DNA from: Trichoplax adhaerens
Taxonomy: Eukaryota > Animalia > Placozoa
Length of the DNA: 64,000 bases
Assembly (NCBI RefSeq): GCF_000150275.1
Contig: NW_002060948.1
Coordinates: forward strand, 3,423,183 to 3,487,182
Direction of reading: 5' to 3'
The notes beneath the pieces were generated by a model. The model was not told where the DNA came from. It did not search any database and saw only the letters and a list, made by a program, of their open reading frames with translations. This document shows, one piece after another, positions 26,601 to 36,902 of this stretch. The position numbers were made by a program, and so were the translations under genes. Positions within the stretch are counted from its first letter, which is position 1, and every line of letters begins with the position of its first letter.

Positions 26601-29368
26601 TCGATACCTATAATTTAGTCAGCATCAGTGAATAATTCTACAGTCAATTTTTAAATCGAATAGGAAATTGCAATAAAAATTAAGCAAGGTGTCATTACAT
26701 CATGATCATCATCGTGGGGCTCATTGTACAATTCATCCGCAAGTCGAGATATTATTTTTAACTGCTTTTTAGTTTGATCTGGTTTTACCTAGATTTTATA
26801 ATTGTATTGTTACTAAGACAGTAAATTGATTTAACTTCAACGTAAGCTACTTTTACGCACAAACCTGTACATAATTACGTTAGATTGCAATACCTTTATC
26901 GGTTTAGGTTTAAATAGATACGGTTGCCGTTTCTGGCGCTTTTTAATGTTCTCTTCTTCTTTAACTAATTTTTCAATGATTGCCACCTGTCGTTATTAGT
27001 AAGAACATCATGTCTATAAGAAGTCATGCTATTGGTAAAATTCATGTCGTCATTGTTGAAGTCTTATACTCTATAATGGCGCATATAGGCATACATAAAG
27101 TATATAGCATATGGGTTATTGAACATTTTACCTGACGTTGCTCTCTCTCTGCCTCAAAATTTCTAAATTGCATAAAAAATTATTTAAGTAAGATGGAATC
27201 AATTAGCGGATAATCAGACTTGGCTGTAAATTTGCAGCAATGTAATTTAGTTATATATTAATGAATCCTGATGGATTTTATTACGTAATACTCACTTTTT
27301 GTCTCCGTCAAATTTTTTTAATTGTTGCTTGCGCAATATTTCAACATCTGGATTCCCTCCACGTTCTCTGATAAATTGACGTTCTTTCTGTTCCTTTAAA
27401 TGGTCGTTATATGCCTTTTGCATATCTCTAGCATGAATTGCACGCATATTTTCCTATGATAAAAAATATTGAAGAAACATTCAAATTACTTTTGAATACC
27501 TAACACAGTTTTTCGGTATAGAAGGTTACATCCATAAAGGATTTAAAACATCCACTCCATAATAACGTACACGAGTAGCTTCAATTCGTTTCTTAAGGGA
27601 TTGAACACTATTCATTCGCTTCTGAATCAACATTCGAGATTCATTTTCCTTTTTTAACTCTTCCTTCTTCATTCTAGGTTTGAATAGTTTTTTGGTAATT
27701 TTATAATCAAGTGTAGGTATTCATAAACTGTGCCATTATTGTACCTGGCGAGTGTTTCTTGCAAAAATGTTTGAGCTCGTTTTCTATTTTCTAGTGCATC
27801 ATTTGCAGTCCGTTTAACACGTTCAGCATCCTCACGAGCTTTAACAATTTCCATCCTTTAAAGTAAATGAAGATTATCTTCATTTAGCAAATGCTGATAG
27901 AAGATATATTTAAATTAAATAAAAAGAGCTTTTTAAAGGTAATAACCTTTGTTGCATTTTGAGATATCTAACGGCTGCCTTGCCATAATCTTCCTCCTTG
28001 TGGGCTCTGATAGTTGCTATTTCTGCCTTTCTGGTTTTCAATATTAGCTCTTGCTGTTCTAACTCTTCGTTTAATAAGACGTACTTGCTACGCTCCAACT
28101 GGGCTTTTGCTAAATCTAGCCTATAACAACAATTCATAAACATATGTAAAATCCAATAGTAAGTTTTTAGATACCGACTACTTTTTTCAAAATCTTACTC
28201 AGCTCGTTTTAGCTCCTCCGAAATGGAGGTTTCTACTTCTTGTTCCGAAGATAATTCAACGCACAACTTCGTGTAATGCGATTGCAATCGATAAATGGCA
28301 GCTCTAAAAGGATATAAATTTTTTTATTTATAGTTTTAAGTATTGATTTTTAAGACTGTTACTTAACAAACCGTAATAAACCAGCATTCAATACGAAGTT
28401 ATATCTCTTTCTATTAGCAATCGGCAGTCATGAAAGAGCTGCAAGTCACAACGATAACTTACTTATTATTTCTTTCTTCTAGCTCTGCTATTTCATCAGC
28501 AACTGCGTTACATTCGTCACTGAAAGCTTTCAATCGATCGTGACAATTTTTAACCTCTTCTCTGTATCGCAAAATGAAAGCGATAACCATGTGTAAAGGT
28601 TAATATAATTATGACAGGGATTGGATCTACCTTTAATTCATGCAATAATTGAATTAATAGGTAGGTTACCTTAATTGAGCAGCTTGCACATCGTATCTTT
28701 CGACATCTTCATCAAGTTTGTTTAAAAACTGTCGAAGAGCCAACATTCTGATTCTCTCCTATGGGGAATAATATTTACTGCCCTATTAGTACCGTTCACT
28801 TAAAGATAAGAGAACAATAACCGTACCTGTCTACTGATTTTAAAGGATTTCGATTGCTGAATGGGTTCATCTTCGTCATTACTGTCAGAATCGAGATCTT
28901 CCAATTCCCTAAGCAATCATAATTAATCAGGGACAAGATATTGAACGATATTTAAGATATCTAGTGATAGGATTGTTATTCAATAGCTACGACAATCTAG
29001 GTGTTTTAATCATTTCTGCTGGCAACTGGCTACTAGGAATAGTATTAAAAAGATTGTAGTTTTTAACTTTCCTACCTTAAAATTTCTTCTAATCCTGGTC
29101 CATCATCTTCCAAATCTTCATCATTGAAGTTGTCAGATTGTCTTGTAATGGCTAATCGGAATATCGATTGTAATATTATTATTATACTTTGAAGCGGTAT
29201 TAATTCAATAGAATAGCCAGTATAATTAAACTACTAACACTTTGTACTTGTCGATTTTTCAGTAGTAGGAGAGTCCCCTTTCCGATCACGATCTGGACTT
29301 GAAAGACGAAATTCGTTATGGTTACCACTGTCCATTAGCTGATCCTCGTTTTGTATGGTGTCGCTCAT
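17647..29368 (-). CDS. CFAP74: Cilia- and flagella-associated protein 74 (many exons)
   Basis: Predicted ATG at 29368 (MSDTIQNED) and TAA at 17647-17649 (..ETYKIMLRGMIITA*). N-terminal coiled coil followed by ASH/PapD-like segments recognisable as CFAP74: DFSVGKTYKQVVQLTNVSY, FNPPGYMSAG, FLAQTGPFTVPLK, DLKVCMVDRLYQDSV, DFGYCTIHESV, FTHPVPRIG, IYNTLYLE. Includes a 30-bp microexon at 18037-18066 (PNIPVEFDLT). Confidence 0.9.
21787..21940. repeat. Two-copy ~87-bp tandem duplication in a CFAP74 intron
   Basis: TGGCTCAAGCCCTAAA... at ~21787 and ~21874. Confidence 0.7.
24894..24968. repeat. Two-copy 38-bp tandem duplication in a CFAP74 intron
   Basis: AAATAAGAAACGATAGGG(A/C)ATACATAGATTTCATTTT twice. 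Confidence 0.8.
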
Positions 29369-29794
29369 GTTGATGTACAGTTATCAACGCTTTAGGTCAC
29401 TAAGTATGCTTAAACAGATGGAAGTAACCAATAAAATATAAATTTGTACTATCTAAAAATTAAGCTAAAGCAGTTGTTAATATTATGTTGCTATACAATA
29501 GCATAAACACGGTGCTAAAGCTTTTAAATTCTTATTAAAGTCAAGAATTTTTCGTGATATTTATTATGCATATGATCGATTATTCATAACTCGTCTATGA
29601 TGCTATAGTATCTCCAGAGCATATTGCATATACTCGATATTTATAGTATAATACACTATACTTAGTACGCTAGTAACATTCACTTTAAAGCATATACTAC
29701 TGTCTATAGAGATATGTAAGGTACTCGAAGTAAGTTTGTAAAAAAGAAAGATTAACTTGAAAGAAGTCCATGCAGAGAGTTCATTTACAAAATG

Positions 29795-29809
29795 GTTGCT
29801 ATGAGCAAC
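29795..29809. promoter_or_regulatory. RFX X-box upstream of CFAP74
   Basis: GTTGCT-ATG-AGCAAC fits GTNRCN-N(0-3)-RGYAAC and lies ~430 bp 5' of the predicted ATG of a ciliary gene. Confidence 0.6.
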
Positions 29810-29811
29810 GT

Positions 29812-29823
29812 CGCGCATGCGCG
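29812..29823. promoter_or_regulatory. NRF1-type palindromic site
   Basis: CGCGCATGCGCG fits YGCGCAYGCGCR. It is a GC-rich perfect palindrome in AT-rich DNA, 2 bp from the X-box. Confidence 0.5.
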
Positions 29824-30874
29824 TTACTAACCAATTCGTGCCGGAGCAGCATCCTTGCTATTCTGATCTCTACTACGGTATACTGTACAGCACAGTATAG
29901 TCATTTCTATCGATTTTAGGACATACTACTGTAAGAATATCCAAGCCAATAAGGACTGATGGAAATAGCCATTAATGCCTTCTCGGTTACTAGCAATACG
30001 AGAGGATTCTATCTACTAGGACGAAGCAATCTCTACGATGAAATAGTGAATGAGTTCATTTCTTATGCTGTATGGCGTACTGTAGACTATAAAATTGATT
30101 TACTTCAGGTATTAAAAATGCCATCATTTGGGCCGAATGCGGAAATTAGAATTTCACTTTTAACGTTTAAATCATGAACGAATATTTGCTAATTTTAATT
30201 AAAGCAGATGAAATGCGAGTTGCTGATTTAATTTCGAATTAGATTATAGCAGTAATAGACTAAAAAGCGCTTTGCATGTATTCATTATAAAAACGATTGA
30301 TAGAGTTAGCAGCGTTGAACGGTATTTTTCATCTAGCTTAGGCATACGGCTGCTTTTCGTCAGATGCAATACTAAATGCTAAGCCCGCTGCTGGATTTAA
30401 AGCATATTGCTAGACAACCGCCATGAGCTTTAGCTACGTATACGCTTTTAGCGCTAAAGTACTCAGTACGATGATTTGCACTAGATTCCCCATTTAATAT
30501 GAGCATTCGGACATGATAGAATGCTCCGCACTGTGGAAGAAAAAGCTTTATTTATTTGTATGTACTAGTTAGCATGCATAAGCTCGTTCTAATTATTACC
30601 ACTTTTTAGTTAGTCAATTAGTTTTTCAATTGCTATTAAATTGTCAAGACTATAATCTTGGTTGTCAAGATTTCTTCAGTAATAAATAGTAATAAATCTC
30701 TGACTACCTCGTCTACACTATCAGTGATGCTATAATTAGACTGTAGTATTTGGTCGTTAGAAGTGAATTATTTGGTGGTATAGCTAATCTCGCCTATTTA
30801 AGTCAGTAAGAGGCGTTCTTCATAAGCATTGGCGTGCGTAGATTACTTTGTCACTAGTGGTGTGTGACAGTACT

Positions 30875-31770
30875 ACACTTACTATATGTACTAACTTGAT
30901 CTGTTATTCCTTAACGATGTGCTAGCTGCTTTATATCATCATAATAATATTCATTTATAGACGTTGCGAATGCAAGTCCTTGACTCAGTAAAAATACGCG
31001 TACAATATAAAGGTTATATATACATATACATTCAGCAAAAAGGTATGCGTCAAATAAACGAGCAGGGGTCTAGTAAAAGCTACAAAGTGGTTGCTTGTAT
31101 CCAACCCTGCATGCGGCATCCAGTCCACTGGTTCTATGTGCAGAAGCAGTTAAATGCCTATGCAGTATCTTTACGTTGTTATATGATACTTTAGTTTTAG
31201 TTGAGGGAATATTGAACATGTTCAAACTAGTCCATCAGCCTTGAACAGGTCTAGAGATATCGTGTATTATCATCGTCTATAAATTCATACTGTATATATA
31301 TATCTACAAATGTATAGTAGAAGTAATATTAAAACCTTCATTTCTTTATACGTACAGTATACTTACTACACGTACTAACTTGATCTGTTATTCCTTAACA
31401 ACGTTCTAGCTGCCTTATATCATCATAATAATATTCATTTATCGACGTTGCAAATGTAAGTCTTTGCCTCAGTACAAATACCCATACAATAGATAGGTTA
31501 TATGCAAGTACATTTAACAAAAAAGGTATGCATGAAGTAGAACGAGTAGGAGTATTGCTAAAAGCTATAGCAGTTCATTTGCCTATACAATATCTCTACA
31601 GTATCTCTACGTTGTTATATAATACTTTAGCTTTAGTTGAAGGAATATTGAACTCGTTCAAGCTAGTCGGTAAGCCTTGAACAGCATCTAGTTATATCAT
31701 GTATTATCGTCTATAAATGAATACTGTCTAAATACGCGTATATATGCAAATGTACACTAAAAGTCATATT
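30875..31770. repeat. Two-copy ~480-bp tandem duplication
   Basis: ACTTACTA.A.GTACTAACTTGATCTGTTATTCCTTAAC... starts at ~30878 and ~31361. The second copy lacks an internal ~60-bp segment (~31082-31145). Confidence 0.85.
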
Positions 31771-32276
31771 AATTAGTTTTACCTACAATTCTAATCAATC
31801 AATCAATCAACTATATACCGTGTATATGCTACGCATACAGTTATCCATTTGTAGTCGTAGAGCAGTAACACTGTCCAAGGGTTTCTCTACACGATATCAC
31901 CAGTAGTACACAGTATCAATAATTATAATTAATAATTCTATGGTTGCTTCTTGGAGGCGGATCATTAATTATGTAAGCAGCGATGGCATCAATACTGTAT
32001 TGATCCTTTAGCAAAATAATAGCGATTCAACATTGATTGCCAAAGCCTTGACTAAAACTACTGCTTCTCACTAGTGCATAAGACAGTTTTTACAATCGAA
32101 AGAAATGATACAGCAAATTATACCACTGTGTATAGAGATGACTCAAGAGCCATCTTGCCTTGTCTCCTATTAAGGGGAAATAGTCGTCACTGCTGTGGAA
32201 ATACAACCTATTCAATCCAAAATAAAATTAGTCTAGCGCAAAATTACATTGAAATCGATCCTTCTATCGAACAACG

Positions 32277-33620
32277 ATGAGTTTATTGATTCAATTATCC
32301 GTAGCTATTGCATTCTTACTACTCAATGGCGTCATTGATGGATCCAATCCGGGTGATAGTGATGAAGTAACTGCATTGCCAGGACTGTCGATTCCTTTAC
32401 CTTTTAAACATTACTCCGGTTATTTACAGGGTGTTGATAGCAATACTCAGTTACATTATTGGTTCGCTGAATCTTATGGTAATCCTGCAAGCGATCCTTT
32501 AATATTATGGATGAACGGTGGTCCTGGTTGTAGTTCATTGGATGGACTACTAACCGAGCATGGACCTTTTAGTGTCAATGATGATTTAACCATTTCTTTA
32601 CGTAATACTTCGTGGAATAAATTTGCTAATGTCATCTATCTTGAATCACCAGCAGGTGTTGGATTTTCTTACGGACCATCGTCCAATTTATCGGATATTA
32701 CAACGGCAGAGAATAACTACGCTGCTCTTAAAGCATTCTTTAAAAAATTTCCTACATTCGCCAATCATGACTTCTACATTACAGGCGAAAGTTATGCTGG
32801 CGTTTACGTTCCTACGTTAGCCACTCGTGTTGCTAATGATAGTACAATCCGATTAAAAGCGATTGCTATTGGCAATGGCATTCTAGACAGGACTAAAAAT
32901 CTCGATTCATTAATGTATTACGGTTACTATCACGGCCTATTGGGTGGCCAACTATGGAATGGCTTGCAAGTTGCGTGTTGCAGTGGCAGTAGCTGCCAAT
33001 ATGCAAATAGTAATAATTTCCTATGTTCTCATCGAGTTCGCTCTGCTACTAATTTAATTTGGGGCGATGGCCTAAACCTGTATAGTATCTATGAGGATTG
33101 TTTAAAAGTTCGACAAACTTTAGCCATTAGAAATCATCTACAAGACTCTAACCAACCTCTTTATGGAACCCCACCTTGCTTTACTGAGAGTATACTATCC
33201 AAATATTTAAATAGCGATGCAGTTCTGAAGGCGTTACATATTGCCAAGCAGGCTCCAAAATGGACGATCTGTAATTTTATTGTCAACCTCAATTATCAAA
33301 GGACCTATCCTTCTGTTATCCATTTCTTAAAGAATCTGTCATCCAAAATGCGCGTCTTATTATATTATGGCGATGCCGATGCTGTGTGCAATTTTATAGG
33401 TGGACTTTGGAGTGCTGAAGCAATCCAAGCCCCCAAAATCGATGACTATAAACCATGGTATATTAACACCACATACGGCAAAACAGTTGCAGGTTTTATA
33501 CAGCGATATGATAACCTCGATTTTGTGACTGTTAAAGGAGCTGGACACTTAGTCCCAACAGATCAGCCTGATGCTGCCTTTCGACTGATGGAAACTTTTA
33601 TAGGCGGTCATAGTTTATAA
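32277..33620 (+). CDS. CTSA: Serine carboxypeptidase, family S10 (cathepsin A / lysosomal protective protein-like), single coding exon
   Basis: Signal peptide; YSGYL, WMNGGPGCSSL and ESPAGVGFSY motifs; catalytic GESYAG (Ser), GDADAVCNF (Asp) and GAGHLVP (His). The symbol denotes the family; strict orthology is not established. Confidence 0.85.
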   Translation: MSLLIQLSVAIAFLLLNGVIDGSNPGDSDEVTALPGLSIPLPFKHYSGYLQGVDSNTQLHYWFAESYGNPASDPLILWMNGGPGCSSLDGLLTEHGPFSVNDDLTISLRNTSWNKFANVIYLESPAGVGFSYGPSSNLSDITTAENNYAALKAFFKKFPTFANHDFYITGESYAGVYVPTLATRVANDSTIRLKAIAIGNGILDRTKNLDSLMYYGYYHGLLGGQLWNGLQVACCSGSSCQYANSNNFLCSHRVRSATNLIWGDGLNLYSIYEDCLKVRQTLAIRNHLQDSNQPLYGTPPCFTESILSKYLNSDAVLKALHIAKQAPKWTICNFIVNLNYQRTYPSVIHFLKNLSSKMRVLLYYGDADAVCNFIGGLWSAEAIQAPKIDDYKPWYINTTYGKTVAGFIQRYDNLDFVTVKGAGHLVPTDQPDAAFRLMETFIGGHSL

Positions 33621-34074
33621 TAATAATGTGTTGCCGTGAAGATAGTATTCTATCAATTTATTGGCAACATGGGCTCATTTACAGGCCATAATAACGAATA
33701 AAGTAGAAAATGATAATCGAAAAGTTGTTGAAAACGGCAATTTCCGTAGGATTGTCAAGTCCGATGGACAGGATCTTGAAAATCTTGTGGATATTAGATG
33801 CACTTTATTCTATTTGTAAATTATGAAATGACCTAATAATGATATGATTATTGGCTATAAAATAGTTGTCCTACGCAAAGATAGAAATCCTTATAAACAT
33901 TTTCAATTGGAGTAGGATCTGCAGATCATAATCTATCATTGACCCACAGGGATATATTTCTCTCGGTGATCTTCCAAAAAATCAGTTAAGTGATAAACTA
34001 CAGTATGGTCATTTAATGTACATTCATTGTAGATGGTGTAAATGTTTGATGTACTCGGTTGGACTGTATAGAAT

Positions 34075-34258
34075 TGTTACATGAATCTGTAGATTGATTT
34101 TTACAACACTGTGCATCAGCATGTTGTATCCTATATCACTAGTTATACCATTAAAAGTAGATTGTTGCATGAATCTGTAGATTGATTTTTACAATACTGT
34201 GCATCAGCATGTTGTATCCTCCTATTTCACTAGTTATACCATTAAAAGTAGATTGTTA
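34075..34258. repeat. Near-perfect two-copy ~90-bp tandem duplication
   Basis: CATGAATCTGTAGATTGATTTTTACAA.ACTGTGCATCAGCATGTTGTATCCT...CACTAGTTATACCATTAAAAGTAGATTGTT twice. Confidence 0.9.
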
Positions 34259-35735
34259 GTTTATTGTACATTATTTATGTGACTTAGCATACACATTGCA
34301 TGGATTTTCCATTAACTTTCCTGATACGAAGTTCATCAATGGACCTAACGATATTCCCTTTAATTAATTTATTAAATAATTATAACGGCTGAGAACAAAC
34401 TGTAGCTGATAGGTCAATTACATAATTTATGTTCATATTATCAATTATTCTATATACAAGTATTTAAAGTTATTTTCTGTAGTATCTTGGCTTTGTTAGT
34501 TAGCATTGCCAATATGTGTATATCTTACTATTCAGAGTTCAATCAAGGAATAAATGAAAGATTAAGACTAATCGGTGCATCAGATTTAAATTACTAATTG
34601 ATCAATTTTGTGAAATTCGTTCATGAAATATTAGAGCACAGTATGCTAACGTCTTCAGTCAACGAAATTTTAAATCCTTATTGGTTTTAGTTCATGGAAA
34701 TGTCTCGTACAGTTAAAAATTCAATGAAACGGGATACGAACATGTCATGTCTATGGATTAAAACATTTTGTTTACTAACTATACGCATAAGTGCACTTCC
34801 TCTACAGTAAGTAAATTAGCTGTAGACTCTGCAGTACTACAGTAGGTAGTTTTCGAGCGGAGAAGTACAAAAATACCTCGTATAGCTCTACAGTATTGTC
34901 AAATCCTACAAAGGTAAACACGAAGCCGATCCAAAAGTTAAAGAGTAAAAATGCAAAGTTTTATTGCATACAGCCAGTACACTACCAAGGTAAACATGAT
35001 TATAACAACAGTCACTGAGCAGCAAATTTACAATGTAATTTTAAACTTACCAGCTAAAACAGAAGGTCCATTTCCAGCCAACCTATAATTCTAAAATTGT
35101 CGCGCTAGGCAGTCGGCTGCAGTATGAGCACAGTCTACTACAGTCTGCTGCAAGCACTATGCATGTGAGTCAAAAGTTGCCATCGCCGCTTGCTGCAATT
35201 TTTGCATTCCTGAAGGTGGAATAACTTCTGAATAAATAAATAAACAAAACAACATTATTAGATGATGCTTATAATGATTAGCCGAAAGATGGAGGATCTG
35301 GGTGCAAGTAGCATACTGTAAATACAGCGCCATACCCCTTGATCCAGAGAGATCGGTGTCTTTGATCTTATCTCTGGGGCTAAAATCTCTATTAGTGCTA
35401 GGCTTTCCAAGGGTTATGCAGACTTGAAGACGCTAATGTTGAAATTGATTAGACATTTTGGCAGAGTACTGTACTGTACAGTACGTACACGAGGACTACT
35501 AAAGAAGGCATCGTAATAATTCCAGCTGTACAACTATAGCGTCCATGTGCGACAAGTCCTTCCATTTTATCTGATGTAAATAAGACAAGTAAGAAAAATT
35601 CTCATCAAAATTTGAAAACAGATCTAATATTATTATGATTATCATTACTAGTTGATATTGATATATATTCTACTGAATTTCGCTTGCCATTGCCTAATTT
35701 GCAATTGTTTACCTGATATAGTTAAAAGAAGCATT

Positions 35736-36629
35736 ATGTTTACACTTTTAGCGTTCTTGCCTGCAACTTTAACAACGATCATTGCCTGCACGACAATTTT
35801 GGTAGTTGTCATCACTTGCTATGTGCAGTCACGACCAAAATGGACAAGGCCTTGTCCTCCAAAGAAAGAAAATTACGATGTACAGCAAGGCGTTGTATTG
35901 CTATTTCAACTGGAGCGAAACTGCACTGTACCTAGTCTAGCGGCTTACGTTTTAAAACTTGAAACTTATTTACGTATGGCCGAAATCCCGTATAAAAATG
36001 ATCATAGCTTTACTTTATCCAGTAAAGGTAAAGTTCCTTGGATTATTGTTAACGGCAAAGAAGTTACGGATTCATCATTTTGTATTGAATACTTGAGTCA
36101 GGAATTTGATAAAGACCTGGATAAAGGCTTGAATGAAGAAAGTAAAGCTGTTGGTCGAATGTTAACCAAAACGATGGAAGAGAATACGTTTTGGGCCACC
36201 ATTGAACAAGCCAGACTCTATGATGGCTTAGACGAATGGTTGGATCTTGTAGATGTCAACTCGTCAATGCGATCCTTCTTCAAAAATCAAGGCCCAAAAA
36301 TCGTGAAAGAATATAGTTGGGGACATGGCATAGGAAGGCATTCCTCGCAAGAAATACATCATATAGGTGAATTGGACCTACGATCCTTTTCAGTCATTCT
36401 TGGCTCTAAGAAATACTTCCTTGCTGATTATCCCACTACGGTTGATGCATGCATGTTTGGATTTTTGGCAAATATGCTATATGCTGTACCCAAATCGTCC
36501 CCATGCTATCGTTTGTTAACTACGGAATTGACAAATCTTGTGGATTATGTAGAAAGAATGAAAGCAAAGTATTGGCCAGATTGGGAAGAAATCACCAGCA
36601 GGGCACCTAGAGGTAGTCTCGGTCACTGA
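35736..36629 (+). CDS. FAXC: Failed-axon-connections (FAX/FAXC)-like, metaxin/GST-fold protein with N-terminal membrane anchor
   Basis: First ATG at 35736 (the ORF track starts at a TTG, 35652). Hydrophobic N-terminus. Motifs LKLETYLRMAEIPY, SSKGKVPWI, DSSFCIEYL, GHGIGRHS and PTTVDACMFGFL. Confidence 0.8.
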   Translation: MFTLLAFLPATLTTIIACTTILVVVITCYVQSRPKWTRPCPPKKENYDVQQGVVLLFQLERNCTVPSLAAYVLKLETYLRMAEIPYKNDHSFTLSSKGKVPWIIVNGKEVTDSSFCIEYLSQEFDKDLDKGLNEESKAVGRMLTKTMEENTFWATIEQARLYDGLDEWLDLVDVNSSMRSFFKNQGPKIVKEYSWGHGIGRHSSQEIHHIGELDLRSFSVILGSKKYFLADYPTTVDACMFGFLANMLYAVPKSSPCYRLLTTELTNLVDYVERMKAKYWPDWEEITSRAPRGSLGH

Positions 36630-36639
36630 AATAGACCTA

Positions 36640-36902
36640 CAGTAATGAACAGGAAAAGAATATTGTAGAATCATGGTGTTTTACGCTAGATGATTATAAG
36701 GAAGTCACTAGCAAACGTAGTACTCTACATCAGCATAACTGGATTAGACAGGTGCAAGCTAGTAGTCTATCAGTAATTGACAGTAAAGAATATTGTAATA
36801 TTATAGCATGCTATGTTTGATAATTGTAGAATGAAGTTACTAACTACAGCAGTCCTGTATATCAGCAGAACTCGACATGTTGTGCAAGCTAGTAGTCCAT
36901 CA
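36640..36902. repeat. Degenerate two-copy ~130-bp duplication 3' of the FAX-like gene
   Basis: CAGTAAT..ACAG.AAAGAATATTGTA and GTGCAAGCTAGTAGTC.ATCA each occur twice. Confidence 0.65.

Noticed and set aside
28303-28316. ATATCCTTT on the minus strand, resembling a U12 AT-AC donor
   Set aside because: It lies in the pyrimidine tract immediately before an AG acceptor of CFAP74, not at an intron 5' end.
29603-32280. Small ORFs between CFAP74 and the CTSA-like gene as peptide precursors
   Set aside because: No signal peptide, dibasic repeat structure or splice support; 30964..31194 lies in a duplication whose second copy does not preserve it.
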